DNA of 32,000 nucleotides. Source: Nitrosopumilaceae archaeon. Its GTDB lineage: Archaea; Thermoproteota; Nitrososphaeria; Nitrososphaerales; Nitrosopumilaceae. The DNA lies in NCBI GenBank assembly GCA_965209085.1, contig OZ242376.1, forward strand, positions 457,628-489,627, given 5' to 3'. The notes beneath the pieces are model-generated. The model was given only the letters and a program-made list of their open reading frames with translations. It did no database searches and was not told the origin of the DNA. Of the stretch, positions 16,973 through 25,268 are shown in pieces. The first letter of the stretch is position 1. Each line of letters starts with the position of its first letter. Made by a program: the position numbers and the translations under genes.

Positions 16973-16974
16973 TT

Positions 16975-17187
16975 ATGATGTCAGATCGTATGTTATGTGT
17001 GGGAGAAAAAACAAATTTAGTGCACGCTAACAAAAGTGATTCATTACGTACGACAGTTCCATCTAGTATAGTAAAACAATTTGATTTAGGTGTGGGAGAT
17101 CAAATTGAATGGAATATTGTTGCATGCGATAATAAAATTGGTTTGAAAGTGAATATTCATAAACAACAAATTGATAAGAGTGATTAA
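16975..17187 (+). CDS. AbrB/SpoVT-family small DNA-binding protein (putative controller/antitoxin-like regulator)
   Basis: The 70-aa product contains LRTTVPSSIVKQFDLGVGDQIEWNIV, which fits the swapped-hairpin AbrB/MazE motif (xxVxIPxxIxxxLxLxxGDxLxW). Its stop lies 1 nt before the methyltransferase ATG. Confidence 0.65.
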   Translation: MMSDRMLCVGEKTNLVHANKSDSLRTTVPSSIVKQFDLGVGDQIEWNIVACDNKIGLKVNIHKQQIDKSD

Positions 17188-17188
17188 A

Positions 17189-17722
17189 ATGCTAGTAGAA
17201 CAAAAATACAATACTATCGTGATTGATCCCCCATGGAGAATAACCACAACAGGACCAAATTCTAAACCGTGTAGGGGGAAAATTAAGAGACGATTATCTT
17301 ATAAAACTATGAGTGATGGTGAGATTGCGAATTTTCCTATTGATGACTTTGCCTCTAAACAATGTAATCTGTTTATTTGGACAATACAAAGTCGGTTACC
17401 GACAGCTATGGAGATTATCAAAAAATGGGGATTTCATTATTACTGTACATATACTTGGGTTAAGAATACAGGCATTACTATGCAAGGAGTTTTTAGGAAT
17501 AGTGAGTTTGTTGTTTTTGGGTATAGAGGTAATTATGATATTCCGTTTAAAGGGAAATCCATGCCCACAGCTTTTAACGGTAAAACGAGCATTCACTCTG
17601 AAAAACCTGATGAATTTTATGAAATTATAAGAAAAAAAACAAATACACCTAGAATAGATATTTTTGCTCGTAAAAGACACTATGGTTTTACTGCGTGGGG
17701 GGATCAAGTTCATGAACACTAG
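17189..17722 (+). CDS. MT-A70 family N6-adenine DNA methyltransferase
   Basis: The catalytic DPPW motif is present (YNTIVIDPPWRI), followed by YKTMSDGEIANFPIDDFASKQCNLFIWT, AMEIIKKWGF, HSEKPDEFYEIIRK and IDIFARKRHYGFTAWGDQV. This order is typical of MT-A70 (PF05063-like). ATG 17189 is preferred over TTG 17171. Confidence 0.85.
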   Translation: MLVEQKYNTIVIDPPWRITTTGPNSKPCRGKIKRRLSYKTMSDGEIANFPIDDFASKQCNLFIWTIQSRLPTAMEIIKKWGFHYYCTYTWVKNTGITMQGVFRNSEFVVFGYRGNYDIPFKGKSMPTAFNGKTSIHSEKPDEFYEIIRKKTNTPRIDIFARKRHYGFTAWGDQVHEH

Positions 17723-17796
17723 ATTTTATGCAATTGACCAAAAAAGCAATTTTGACGGATCGAAAGATCTATGATCAAGGATCACATTCGTACGGC

Positions 17797-18847
17797 ATGT
17801 GTGCCCCAGACAAGCGTATAATTGCCAAGTAAGAAAAGAGAATCTCCGAGCTGGAAGCAGAGGTTCAACGATACAAAAATATGGTGCAAAGTGGCAATGG
17901 AAACAAAAGACAATACATCGACGAACATTTGGACGATATGATTGGCGATGACAATTATCTGTACGGGACGACTGGAATGGATCGTGAAGAATTTGAATGG
18001 ATTCAGGAACGGTTCAAAAAAACCGTAGAAAATTCATCAGAGACTCCACGCTTTTCAGAATATGTCAACGATCCTGGAAACACCTGTATTCTCACTGCAT
18101 CCCAAATTTTGTTTGTCAGTGCCGCAAACGCAACAATCCTAAACAGGAATTGCTTGCGGCCATTACAGGCGTTGATCAGAGCACCATCAGCAGATATCTG
18201 ACCTTTTCTGATGAACTATTGATGGATATTCTTCCAACGGCTAAGAATATTGGTGCTGCAATACGGGCAATACGTACAAGCGAGTTGTTTAAAAATTCGT
18301 ACCCGGAAGGGATGGCGGCGAGTTGTATCTTGATACCACGTTTGTACAGGTTCAAAGGCCGCAGGAGAATCAAGAGGCAGTATACTCTGGAAAGCGCAAG
18401 AGGCACGTCTACAACGTACAGATAACCTCAAACAAAGACGGGTTGGTACTTGACATTGGTGGATCTGAAGAGGGCTCAGCACACGACATGGAGGTACTGC
18501 GGCGTAATCCGCCAAATTTTGGCAAATGGACTGATGGCATGAAAAATTCTGATACAAAAAAAGAGCGCCAAATTATGCTATATACTGACAAGGGATATCT
18601 GTCCGTGGAAAAAGATTATCCTGGAATTATCTCAAAATAGCCGTACAAAAAACCAAAGGGTAAAGGGCTGACAGAGGCAAATCGTGAATACAGCAAGAGG
18701 ATCAGTCGTAAGCGCATAAAAGTAGAGCATGCCATAAACTGGCTCAAATGGTTTCGTAGAATGAGTGCCATATATGATGACACAATGGATGCGTTTTATA
18801 CAGAAATCCAAGTGGTTACAGGACTACCAATCTGCACATCATGTTAA
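17797..18847 (+). pseudogene. DDE_Tnp_4 (IS5-family / Harbinger-like) transposase pseudogene
   Basis: The HTH piece (NPKQELLAAITGVDQSTISRYL) and the DDE core (LDTTFVQVQRPQENQEAVYSGKRKRHVYNVQITSNKDGLVLDIGGSEEGSAHDMEVL...LYTDKGY...*PYKKPKGKGLTEANREYSKRISRKRIKVEHAINWLKWF) are spread over three frames. In-frame stops sit at about 17830 (TAA) and 18638-18640 (TAG). Confidence 0.75.
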
Positions 18848-19192
18848 AGGATCGCAAGTATATCGAACCGTTGGAAAAAGTCTGCCCTCAAATCAAGTAG
18901 CACATCTGTGCACACAGTCACGTATAATATTCTGCTTTATGTCTTGCATATGATATTTTGATTTATTTTGTTGTCTGCTTGAAGGTTTTAGGCCATGTGT
19001 ACTTTGATCATGGTAATGCCATAGTTGGAATCATATGTCTTTGCAGTTGATTATGCATAACCATATGTGAAGGGAGCTTCTAAGACCACAGATGGTTGTA
19101 AGAATGTCAAACGATCCGTATCACCGAAACGTAAATCATCTAAAAAAGATCCAAATGCAAACAAACAGATTACCACATATTCTGGGAAGAAT

Positions 19193-20188
19193 ATGTTTGT
19201 TGGAATGGACGTTCACAAGAAATTTCTTCAAATTGCAATGATGGATGAAAAAGCCAAAGTGATTTTTAATGAGAGGATTGAAAATGAAAACAAGTCCATC
19301 AGATGATTCTTCAGATCAAGTGTACCTGAAAATGCAAAAATCGTAATGGAATCTTCGTCCGTATGGTACGGATTATATCGATACATGACAGATAAAATGG
19401 GTTATGATGTCGTATTGTCAAATCCATGGGCGACAAAAATCATCGCCGCATCCAAGAAAAAGACCGACAAGAGGGATGCTGTAACACTTGCAGACCTATT
19501 ACGGTGCGGATACATATCCCTCTGTCATGTCTCAAACAAGGACATAGTGGAACAACGGCAACTTGTACGATATCGCGACAGTCTTGTCAAGACAAGGACA
19601 ACTCTAAAAAACAAAATACATGGAATTTTGTTACAGGGAGGGATAAAGATCTTTGGAGCAACATTTACGCTTACATACAATAGAAAACTGCGTTCTCTAA
19701 AGGATTATCGTATAAACGGATATTTGGATTCTATTGGATTCGTTAATACAAAAATTGCAGACTCAAACATAAAAGTACACAACGCATCCGGCTCAAACAA
19801 GGATGCAATGTTGCTCAAGACAATACCTGGCATAGGTGATTTTATTTCATTGATACTGGCAGCAGAGATTGATGGAGTTGAGAGGTTTTCTGAACCAAAA
19901 CAACTCAAATCATATGCCGGTCTTGCCCCATCGGTTCGCAATTCAGCAGATGTGGTCCATCATGGACATATAACAAAAAGAGGCAGCAGGATGATGCGGT
20001 GGGCACTGGTGGAAGCTGTTACCACCCATGTCCGATTTGCATCAGAGAGTAACATTTCTGAATTTTACCGGCGTCTTGCAGTAAAGAGAGGATCATCCAA
20101 GGCCAAAGTTGCAGCAGCGGCCAAGATGCTGGATATCATATTTCGTATGCTAAAGGATAGGAGTGAATTTGAAATACATCATAGTTAA
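19193..20188 (+). pseudogene. IS110-family (DEDD) transposase/recombinase with an in-frame TGA
   Basis: The sequence runs MFVGMDVHKKFLQIAMMDE...NKSIR-TGA(19304-19306)-FFRSSVPENAKIVMESSSVWYGLY...KKKTDKRDAVTLADLLR...IPGIGDFISLILAAEIDGVERFSEPKQLKSYAGLAPSVRNSADVVHHGHITKRGSRMMRWAL. Both halves are in the same frame (frame 2), so this is a single nonsense codon. Element ends are not defined. Confidence 0.9.
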
Positions 20189-20513
20189 AGCAACAAACCG
20201 CGAGTTAGAGTTTGGGGATGTTACCCCGTTGTATAACTGCGGTAAGCTTTAACATGTGGACGAAGATGGTTGTGGGATTAAATCCCGAATGGATAGATGT
20301 CTTTTTACCTTTTGACTGGAAACAAACACATAGCGAAAGCCATACCGCATGACACAAAAAAGCAAGAAACCTTTAAAAAGTATTCACATGGATAAACTCT
20401 ATTGGTTATGGATACAAAATAGAATGATGTGTTGGATCACGTACATAAATTTTGATTGTTTAGCTAAATTGGACTATATGTAGATCTATTAATAAATATC
20501 ATTAACGATAATA

Positions 20514-21041
20514 TTGGTAGAACGTATACCTGTGCAAGATCAAGCACGTGAGGACCTGATGATTGAGATTTTGGGTTTGAAAAAAGCTGAAGGCAGATTA
20601 GGACATGATGCCGAGGACAATAATGGAAATATCTTTGAGCTTAAATCATCAACAAAAAATAGCTTTGGAACAGGCAGGGATGTATCAGTTAGCATGATAA
20701 ATAAATGGAGAAAACGACATTGGGTATTTGCAAATGGTACGAATTACAAATCGGGATTTAAAATTGAAAGTATGTATTATTGCTCTCCAAATATGATGAA
20801 AGATCAATTTGATATTTTATATGAAAAATTTAAACCCGATATGAAAATATCTAAAACTGTTCTTGCATACGTTGATGGAATTTTAGTAGAAATTCAGATT
20901 GAACGTCTAAAATATTTGCTGAATAGAGGCATGACATATAATAATCCTCATATAAGCATGAAATATGTAAGTTCATATGGAATTGAAATTGATCTTTCAT
21001 GCCCAAAGAATAGCTTAAAGACAATTATGGATAAAAATTAG
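20514..21041 (+). CDS. PD-(D/E)XK-type nuclease, candidate restriction endonuclease
   Basis: GHDAEDNNGNIFELKSSTK matches the D-x(n)-E-x-K catalytic signature in the G-x-D...ELK(S/T) form seen in MutH/Sau3AI/BcnI-like enzymes. It is an intact 175-codon ORF in AT-rich DNA. The start is uncertain (TTG 20514, or ATG 20559 giving MIEILGLKK...). Confidence 0.55.
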   Translation: MVERIPVQDQAREDLMIEILGLKKAEGRLGHDAEDNNGNIFELKSSTKNSFGTGRDVSVSMINKWRKRHWVFANGTNYKSGFKIESMYYCSPNMMKDQFDILYEKFKPDMKISKTVLAYVDGILVEIQIERLKYLLNRGMTYNNPHISMKYVSSYGIEIDLSCPKNSLKTIMDKN

Positions 21042-21135
21042 AAATTCAGAGAAAATCCGCATTCGTGAATAACCCCTCATAACGCAACAACCAAATCCTG
21101 ATATGTTTATTTGTGGGTTGATGGTAATTTACACA

Positions 21136-21375
21136 ATGCATGATGATGATGAACCTGACACATTTGTCCTAGAAACACTTCCGGAACAATTTGTCCAAAA
21201 ACTCTCAAAAATCGGAGTTACAGCCAAAGCAAACGAGATTGGAGAGGGCCAATTCGAAATCGGCGACTACTATAGCAGGGTGTTTGTACCAACACCGCGC
21301 ATGGTGACAAACCGCGGCAGCCTTGATGTCTCTGGCAAAAATATTGATGCGGTTCACATTATCCAAAAAGGATAG
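21136..21375 (+). CDS. hypothetical protein
   Basis: ATG at 21136 gives MHDDDEPDTFVLETLPEQFVQKLSKIGV.... G+C returns to core level here. No motif recognised, and its stop overlaps the next ORF. Confidence 0.45.
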   Translation: MHDDDEPDTFVLETLPEQFVQKLSKIGVTAKANEIGEGQFEIGDYYSRVFVPTPRMVTNRGSLDVSGKNIDAVHIIQKG

Positions 21376-21386
21376 TGTGCAAGCAT

Positions 21387-21761
21387 ATGCAAGATCCAAC
21401 ACCCATGATATGGGGCGCAATGGACCGGTTTCAGGCTCATTTTATAATCAAAGTAAAAAACAAATCTGATGCGGATTTGGCGGTAAAATCAATACCAAAG
21501 ACAAGTGGACATTTTGGCGCAAAAAAACTCACAGGCATATCTTGGAACGGTGCTGGCTCACTTGCTGTATCATTGAACGCTGATGCGGATTTAAACTCGT
21601 TAATTTTAAAATGCACACTGCACGATGCGCAGATATACATTGAACCTGGCACCGACTGTGTCCGCATACGTGGAAAATGGTCAAACGGACTTGAATTTGG
21701 AATAACAAAAGAAATGTTTGAAATCTACGACCGCATAGCCGGACACGTAAAATCCCTCTAG
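21387..21761 (+). CDS. hypothetical protein
   Basis: ATG at 21387 gives MQDPTPMIWGAMDRFQAHFIIKVKNKS.... Composition is balanced and it ends in a 4-nt convergent overlap with endA. No motif recognised. Confidence 0.5.
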   Translation: MQDPTPMIWGAMDRFQAHFIIKVKNKSDADLAVKSIPKTSGHFGAKKLTGISWNGAGSLAVSLNADADLNSLILKCTLHDAQIYIEPGTDCVRIRGKWSNGLEFGITKEMFEIYDRIAGHVKSL

Positions 21762-22303
21762 GCTTTCCACCAGTCAAGCGCAAGCATCTCAACTGCATAC
21801 TCTCCGCCCTTTAACTTTGGTATTGCAAGTATGAACTGTTTGCGTACCGTGGTTGCAAGCCTTCCGGCCAAAACCACCGCAGTTGAGGTTATAACATCGC
21901 TTGCAGAATACACCTGGACAAGATACGGGGCGTGATCTATTCCCGGACCTCTCTCATATACTGCAAAATCGCATCCAAATTTTATTCCCGGATTTATAAT
22001 GTACCCCTTGTTCCTAAAATGCTCATAAACTGCGTATTTTTTATCAAATCCGTGGTATTCATTTCTGCATATTTGAAGCAGATTCTCATAGCTTTGCTTT
22101 TTTTTCTCAGCATGTACTGTAATAATTTTTTTATCCAAAAGATAAATCCCTTCCATAAGATCGAGCACCAGCGGGGCGTCAATCTCGCCGAATTTTGGCT
22201 TTGGAATTCCAATGGGTTTTCCGTAATATCCCATTGAGAATAATTTGTTTGCATCATTTAAGGACCATATTATGATCCGATTCTCGACTAGCTCGCCCTT
22301 CAA
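21758..22303 (-). CDS. endA: tRNA-splicing (intron) endonuclease
   Basis: The C-terminal catalytic domain reads YEHFRNKGYIINPGIKFGCDFAVYERGPGIDHAPYLVQV...RLATTVRKQFILA, with an N-terminal domain LFSMGYYGKP. These are typical of archaeal EndA. Confidence 0.9.
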   Translation of the reverse strand: MKGELVENRIIIWSLNDANKLFSMGYYGKPIGIPKPKFGEIDAPLVLDLMEGIYLLDKKIITVHAEKKKQSYENLLQICRNEYHGFDKKYAVYEHFRNKGYIINPGIKFGCDFAVYERGPGIDHAPYLVQVYSASDVITSTAVVLAGRLATTVRKQFILAIPKLKGGEYAVEMLALDWWKA

Positions 22304-22957
22304 TCAGAGACTCAGCGCCAACATGATAAAGGTGTCTGAAACCTTTTGGCACTTGTCGGCCATTTCCTCGATTCCTTCTATGACGTCCTTTACAAGCAAA
22401 ACCTCTTTTATGTTGGAAATTTTATCCAACGCTATTATCGTGGCATTTCTGTATTTTGTATCAATCTCGCGTTCAATGTCTTGCGTTTCCTGGGCAAACT
22501 CTATAGCTTTTGAAACATCCGTGTTTAACATGCGGACAACTTCGTTGAGTTTTTGAATCTCATCTACAACCAGATTTATCAAATCTGTAATACTTTCATA
22601 AATTTCAGAATTTTTAAAAGTGGCAATTTTGATGTTTGACATTTTAAATGAAATACCGGTAATGTATCCGGCAATCTCGTCCATTGTATATGCTGTATTT
22701 AACAAGTTTTCACGGTTTAAAATAAGGCCTCCAACATCTGCCACTTCGCGCGTTATTTTTCTGCGAAGGCTTTCAACCTCTTCCTCTATGGCCGATATCT
22801 GATGGAGGCACGTCTTTAGGCCTTTTTTGTCTTTTTTAACGAGAATCTCAGGCAGTTTTGCCATCTCGCGCGCAGAATTGAGTATACGATTTATCTCATC
22901 TTGCAACATTGCAATGGCTTTGCGCTTTGCCTGTTCCTCTAGCTCACCGCTATACAT
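22304..22957 (-). CDS. DUF47 / PhoU-like (COG1392, TIGR00153-type) protein
   Basis: This is an all-helical 217-aa protein with the C-terminal pattern KDVIEGIEEMADKCQKVSDTFIMLALS, characteristic of DUF47. Its stop abuts the endA start (22303/22304), which suggests an operon. Confidence 0.7.
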   Translation of the reverse strand: MYSGELEEQAKRKAIAMLQDEINRILNSAREMAKLPEILVKKDKKGLKTCLHQISAIEEEVESLRRKITREVADVGGLILNRENLLNTAYTMDEIAGYITGISFKMSNIKIATFKNSEIYESITDLINLVVDEIQKLNEVVRMLNTDVSKAIEFAQETQDIEREIDTKYRNATIIALDKISNIKEVLLVKDVIEGIEEMADKCQKVSDTFIMLALSL

Positions 22958-23013
22958 TCACAACTGAAAACGTAAAACGTCTTAAATACCATGCCTTTTT
23001 TTGTAAAAATCCG

Positions 23014-24765
23014 TCAATTGCCAGATTTGTTCTGAGCTTTATACAATGCCACAACCTCTTCCCACGTGGATGCATCTTCGGGAGATTTATCCGATCTGAT
23101 TCTTCCTGTAAATTTTGGAAATCGCAGGGCAAGACCTGTGTCTTTTTTCAAAACTCCAAAAGCCGTTTTGTGAATAGGACTAAGGGTAATCTCGGATGCG
23201 ACCACTTCTATGACTAATTCTGGGGGAAACCACACGTCAGCATCCATGGCACTTTGAACCCTGGCATCTTTTTTGGCGCATGCCATACCTGAGAGAATCT
23301 GATATATCTGATCAAGATGCTCGTCGGTAAACCCCGTGCCGACTTTGCATATGCTTGAAAAAGAATCATCATCCCCATCGTATGTTGCCAGTAATAGTGT
23401 CCCATATCTTCCGGTACGCCTGCCCATGCCAAAATACGCGCCTATCACAATCAAATCCAAGCTGTCGCCAAGCTCGTTGCGGTATTCGCGTTTTAATTTC
23501 AGCCATTGGCTTCCGCGCGATCCGGCATTGTACGTGGAATCGGGCATCTTTAACATGAGCCCCTCAGAGCCGGCGTTTATACTCTCTTCCATAAATTCGA
23601 CAATGTTGTTTTCCTCATTTACTATAACAGCGGTAATACATTTTGTAAAATTCCCGTTTTTTACCGTTTTTTCAAGCACCGCCCTTCTTTGGACATATTC
23701 TTTGTCAAGATAATCTACACCGTCAACATACAGTGCGTCAAAAAAATTCACGGATATTGGATAGTCTGCCACGGCTTTTTCAATGCCGTGTTTTTTCCTC
23801 CTGTGCATCAGTTCCTGAAACGGGAGAAAGTTGCCAGTCTTGGGATTTATGGCCACAGCCTCAGCTTCCAATATGGCACTTGAGCATTTTAGATTCTCTT
23901 GTATGTTCTCTTTAATATCCGGATAAAATCTTGTAACATTTTCAAGACTTCTTGAAAATATCTGTACTTGCCCATCTTTGATATGAATCTGAACGCGCTC
24001 CCCGTCCAGCTTGTATTCTGCTGCAAATCCTTTGCCCATCTTTTCCATAGCTTCTGCTTCGGATTTTACCCTGTCTGCAAGCATTGGCCGGATTGGCCTG
24101 AAAACTGAAACGCTGAATTTTTCCACAGCCTCCAACCCTCCTTTGCACACTGTATCTGCAATCTCGCCCAAATCACTAGATACGTTGTATGCCGCCTCTA
24201 CTTTCTGCCGGTTATTTTTATCGCCGGTAAACGCTATGGCAAGTCCGTCCATTACGGTATTTTCAGCAATGCCCAGCCTGAGTGTTCCAAGTAGCAGTTT
24301 TAGGATAAATCTAGCTTCTGTTGGATTGGCATCATTTAACAGACTTGATATGTATTTTATTTTTCTCTCCTGCGAGCTTGATCCTTTTAAATTTGCAATC
24401 GTATACAGCGTATCATATACGCGTTCAACGGTTATCTCTTGCATCATAAACGTGGTCTGTTTTCTGTTGCTTAAAATTCCGGATGCTGCACGTCCAAGGT
24501 CCCCGTCTTTTTTAAGCGCCTCCTCTATCCTGTCAATCTGAATGCCCGAGGATTTTGAGATTGCCCGAACGGCAAGCTTTTCGGCAACGCCAAGCTCGAC
24601 TCCCTCATAATCGGGACGAATTTTTCCCTGTATGAGATAAACAATTTTTGACATGGTATCTTGCGGCGTTGCATGAAACAAATCCACCAAATGTTCTGTA
24701 AGCTCTAATCTTTTTGTTGTATTTTCCATCTTTTCAAACGCTTCTGCCAAAATGGAAAAGTTCAT
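23014..24765 (-). CDS. lig: ATP-dependent DNA ligase
   Basis: The adenylation motif I is AAEYKLDGERVQIH (KxDG). Also present are EGLMLK, WLKLKREY and the OB-domain C-terminus (EVVASEITLSP...GLALRFPKFTGRIRSDK). Confidence 0.95.
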   Translation of the reverse strand: MNFSILAEAFEKMENTTKRLELTEHLVDLFHATPQDTMSKIVYLIQGKIRPDYEGVELGVAEKLAVRAISKSSGIQIDRIEEALKKDGDLGRAASGILSNRKQTTFMMQEITVERVYDTLYTIANLKGSSSQERKIKYISSLLNDANPTEARFILKLLLGTLRLGIAENTVMDGLAIAFTGDKNNRQKVEAAYNVSSDLGEIADTVCKGGLEAVEKFSVSVFRPIRPMLADRVKSEAEAMEKMGKGFAAEYKLDGERVQIHIKDGQVQIFSRSLENVTRFYPDIKENIQENLKCSSAILEAEAVAINPKTGNFLPFQELMHRRKKHGIEKAVADYPISVNFFDALYVDGVDYLDKEYVQRRAVLEKTVKNGNFTKCITAVIVNEENNIVEFMEESINAGSEGLMLKMPDSTYNAGSRGSQWLKLKREYRNELGDSLDLIVIGAYFGMGRRTGRYGTLLLATYDGDDDSFSSICKVGTGFTDEHLDQIYQILSGMACAKKDARVQSAMDADVWFPPELVIEVVASEITLSPIHKTAFGVLKKDTGLALRFPKFTGRIRSDKSPEDASTWEEVVALYKAQNKSGN

Positions 24766-24801
24766 GCTGTAAATAATTCACACTTGGATAAAAATCTAAT
24801 A

Positions 24802-25218
24802 TCAGATATACTTGAATATGGTTTTTTTATCAGAATCTCCTCCGTCGGTAACCATTGCAAAATTGTACAGCGGATATGATTTCTTGTACTGTTTCATAAA
24901 ACTCCACGTCACATCGTGGGTTCTAAAATTAACACGCAGACCATCCATCAAAGATTCCCTGCCGCATACATCAAAGATCACTATGGAATATTCCTTTGGT
25001 CTGTGATGGGGCCGTGCCTGCAAAAACCACGCAAAAGCAAATATGAATATCCCTGCAAGTATTATGGCGCCTCCAGCATCCCTGAAAAATCCGTACAGTG
25101 TGGCAGGTATTATGCGCCAAAAAAGTTCGGCGATAAACTGTGAAAATGAGACTACCGCTAGTGCCATAACAATATACGTTTTAAGCGCAAAAATGCCGTA
25201 TATCCTCATGATGCGCAA
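24802..25218 (-). CDS. hypothetical membrane protein
   Basis: It has three predicted hydrophobic helices in the N-terminal 75 aa, then a soluble tail. No motif recognised. Confidence 0.5.
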   Translation of the reverse strand: MRIMRIYGIFALKTYIVMALAVVSFSQFIAELFWRIIPATLYGFFRDAGGAIILAGIFIFAFAWFLQARPHHRPKEYSIVIFDVCGRESLMDGLRVNFRTHDVTWSFMKQYKKSYPLYNFAMVTDGGDSDKKTIFKYI

Positions 25219-25268
25219 TTATTGTGTTTATTTTTAATTCTTGCTGTATTTTGCAGGCGATCTTTTAA

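Noticed and set aside
19304-19306. In-frame TGA in the IS110 recombinase, considered as selenocysteine or programmed readthrough.
   Set aside because: No SECIS-like context is recognised. The neighbouring IS elements carry ordinary nonsense and frameshift lesions (TAA at about 17830, TAG at 18638, TGA at 16235 on the minus strand), so simple decay is the economical explanation.
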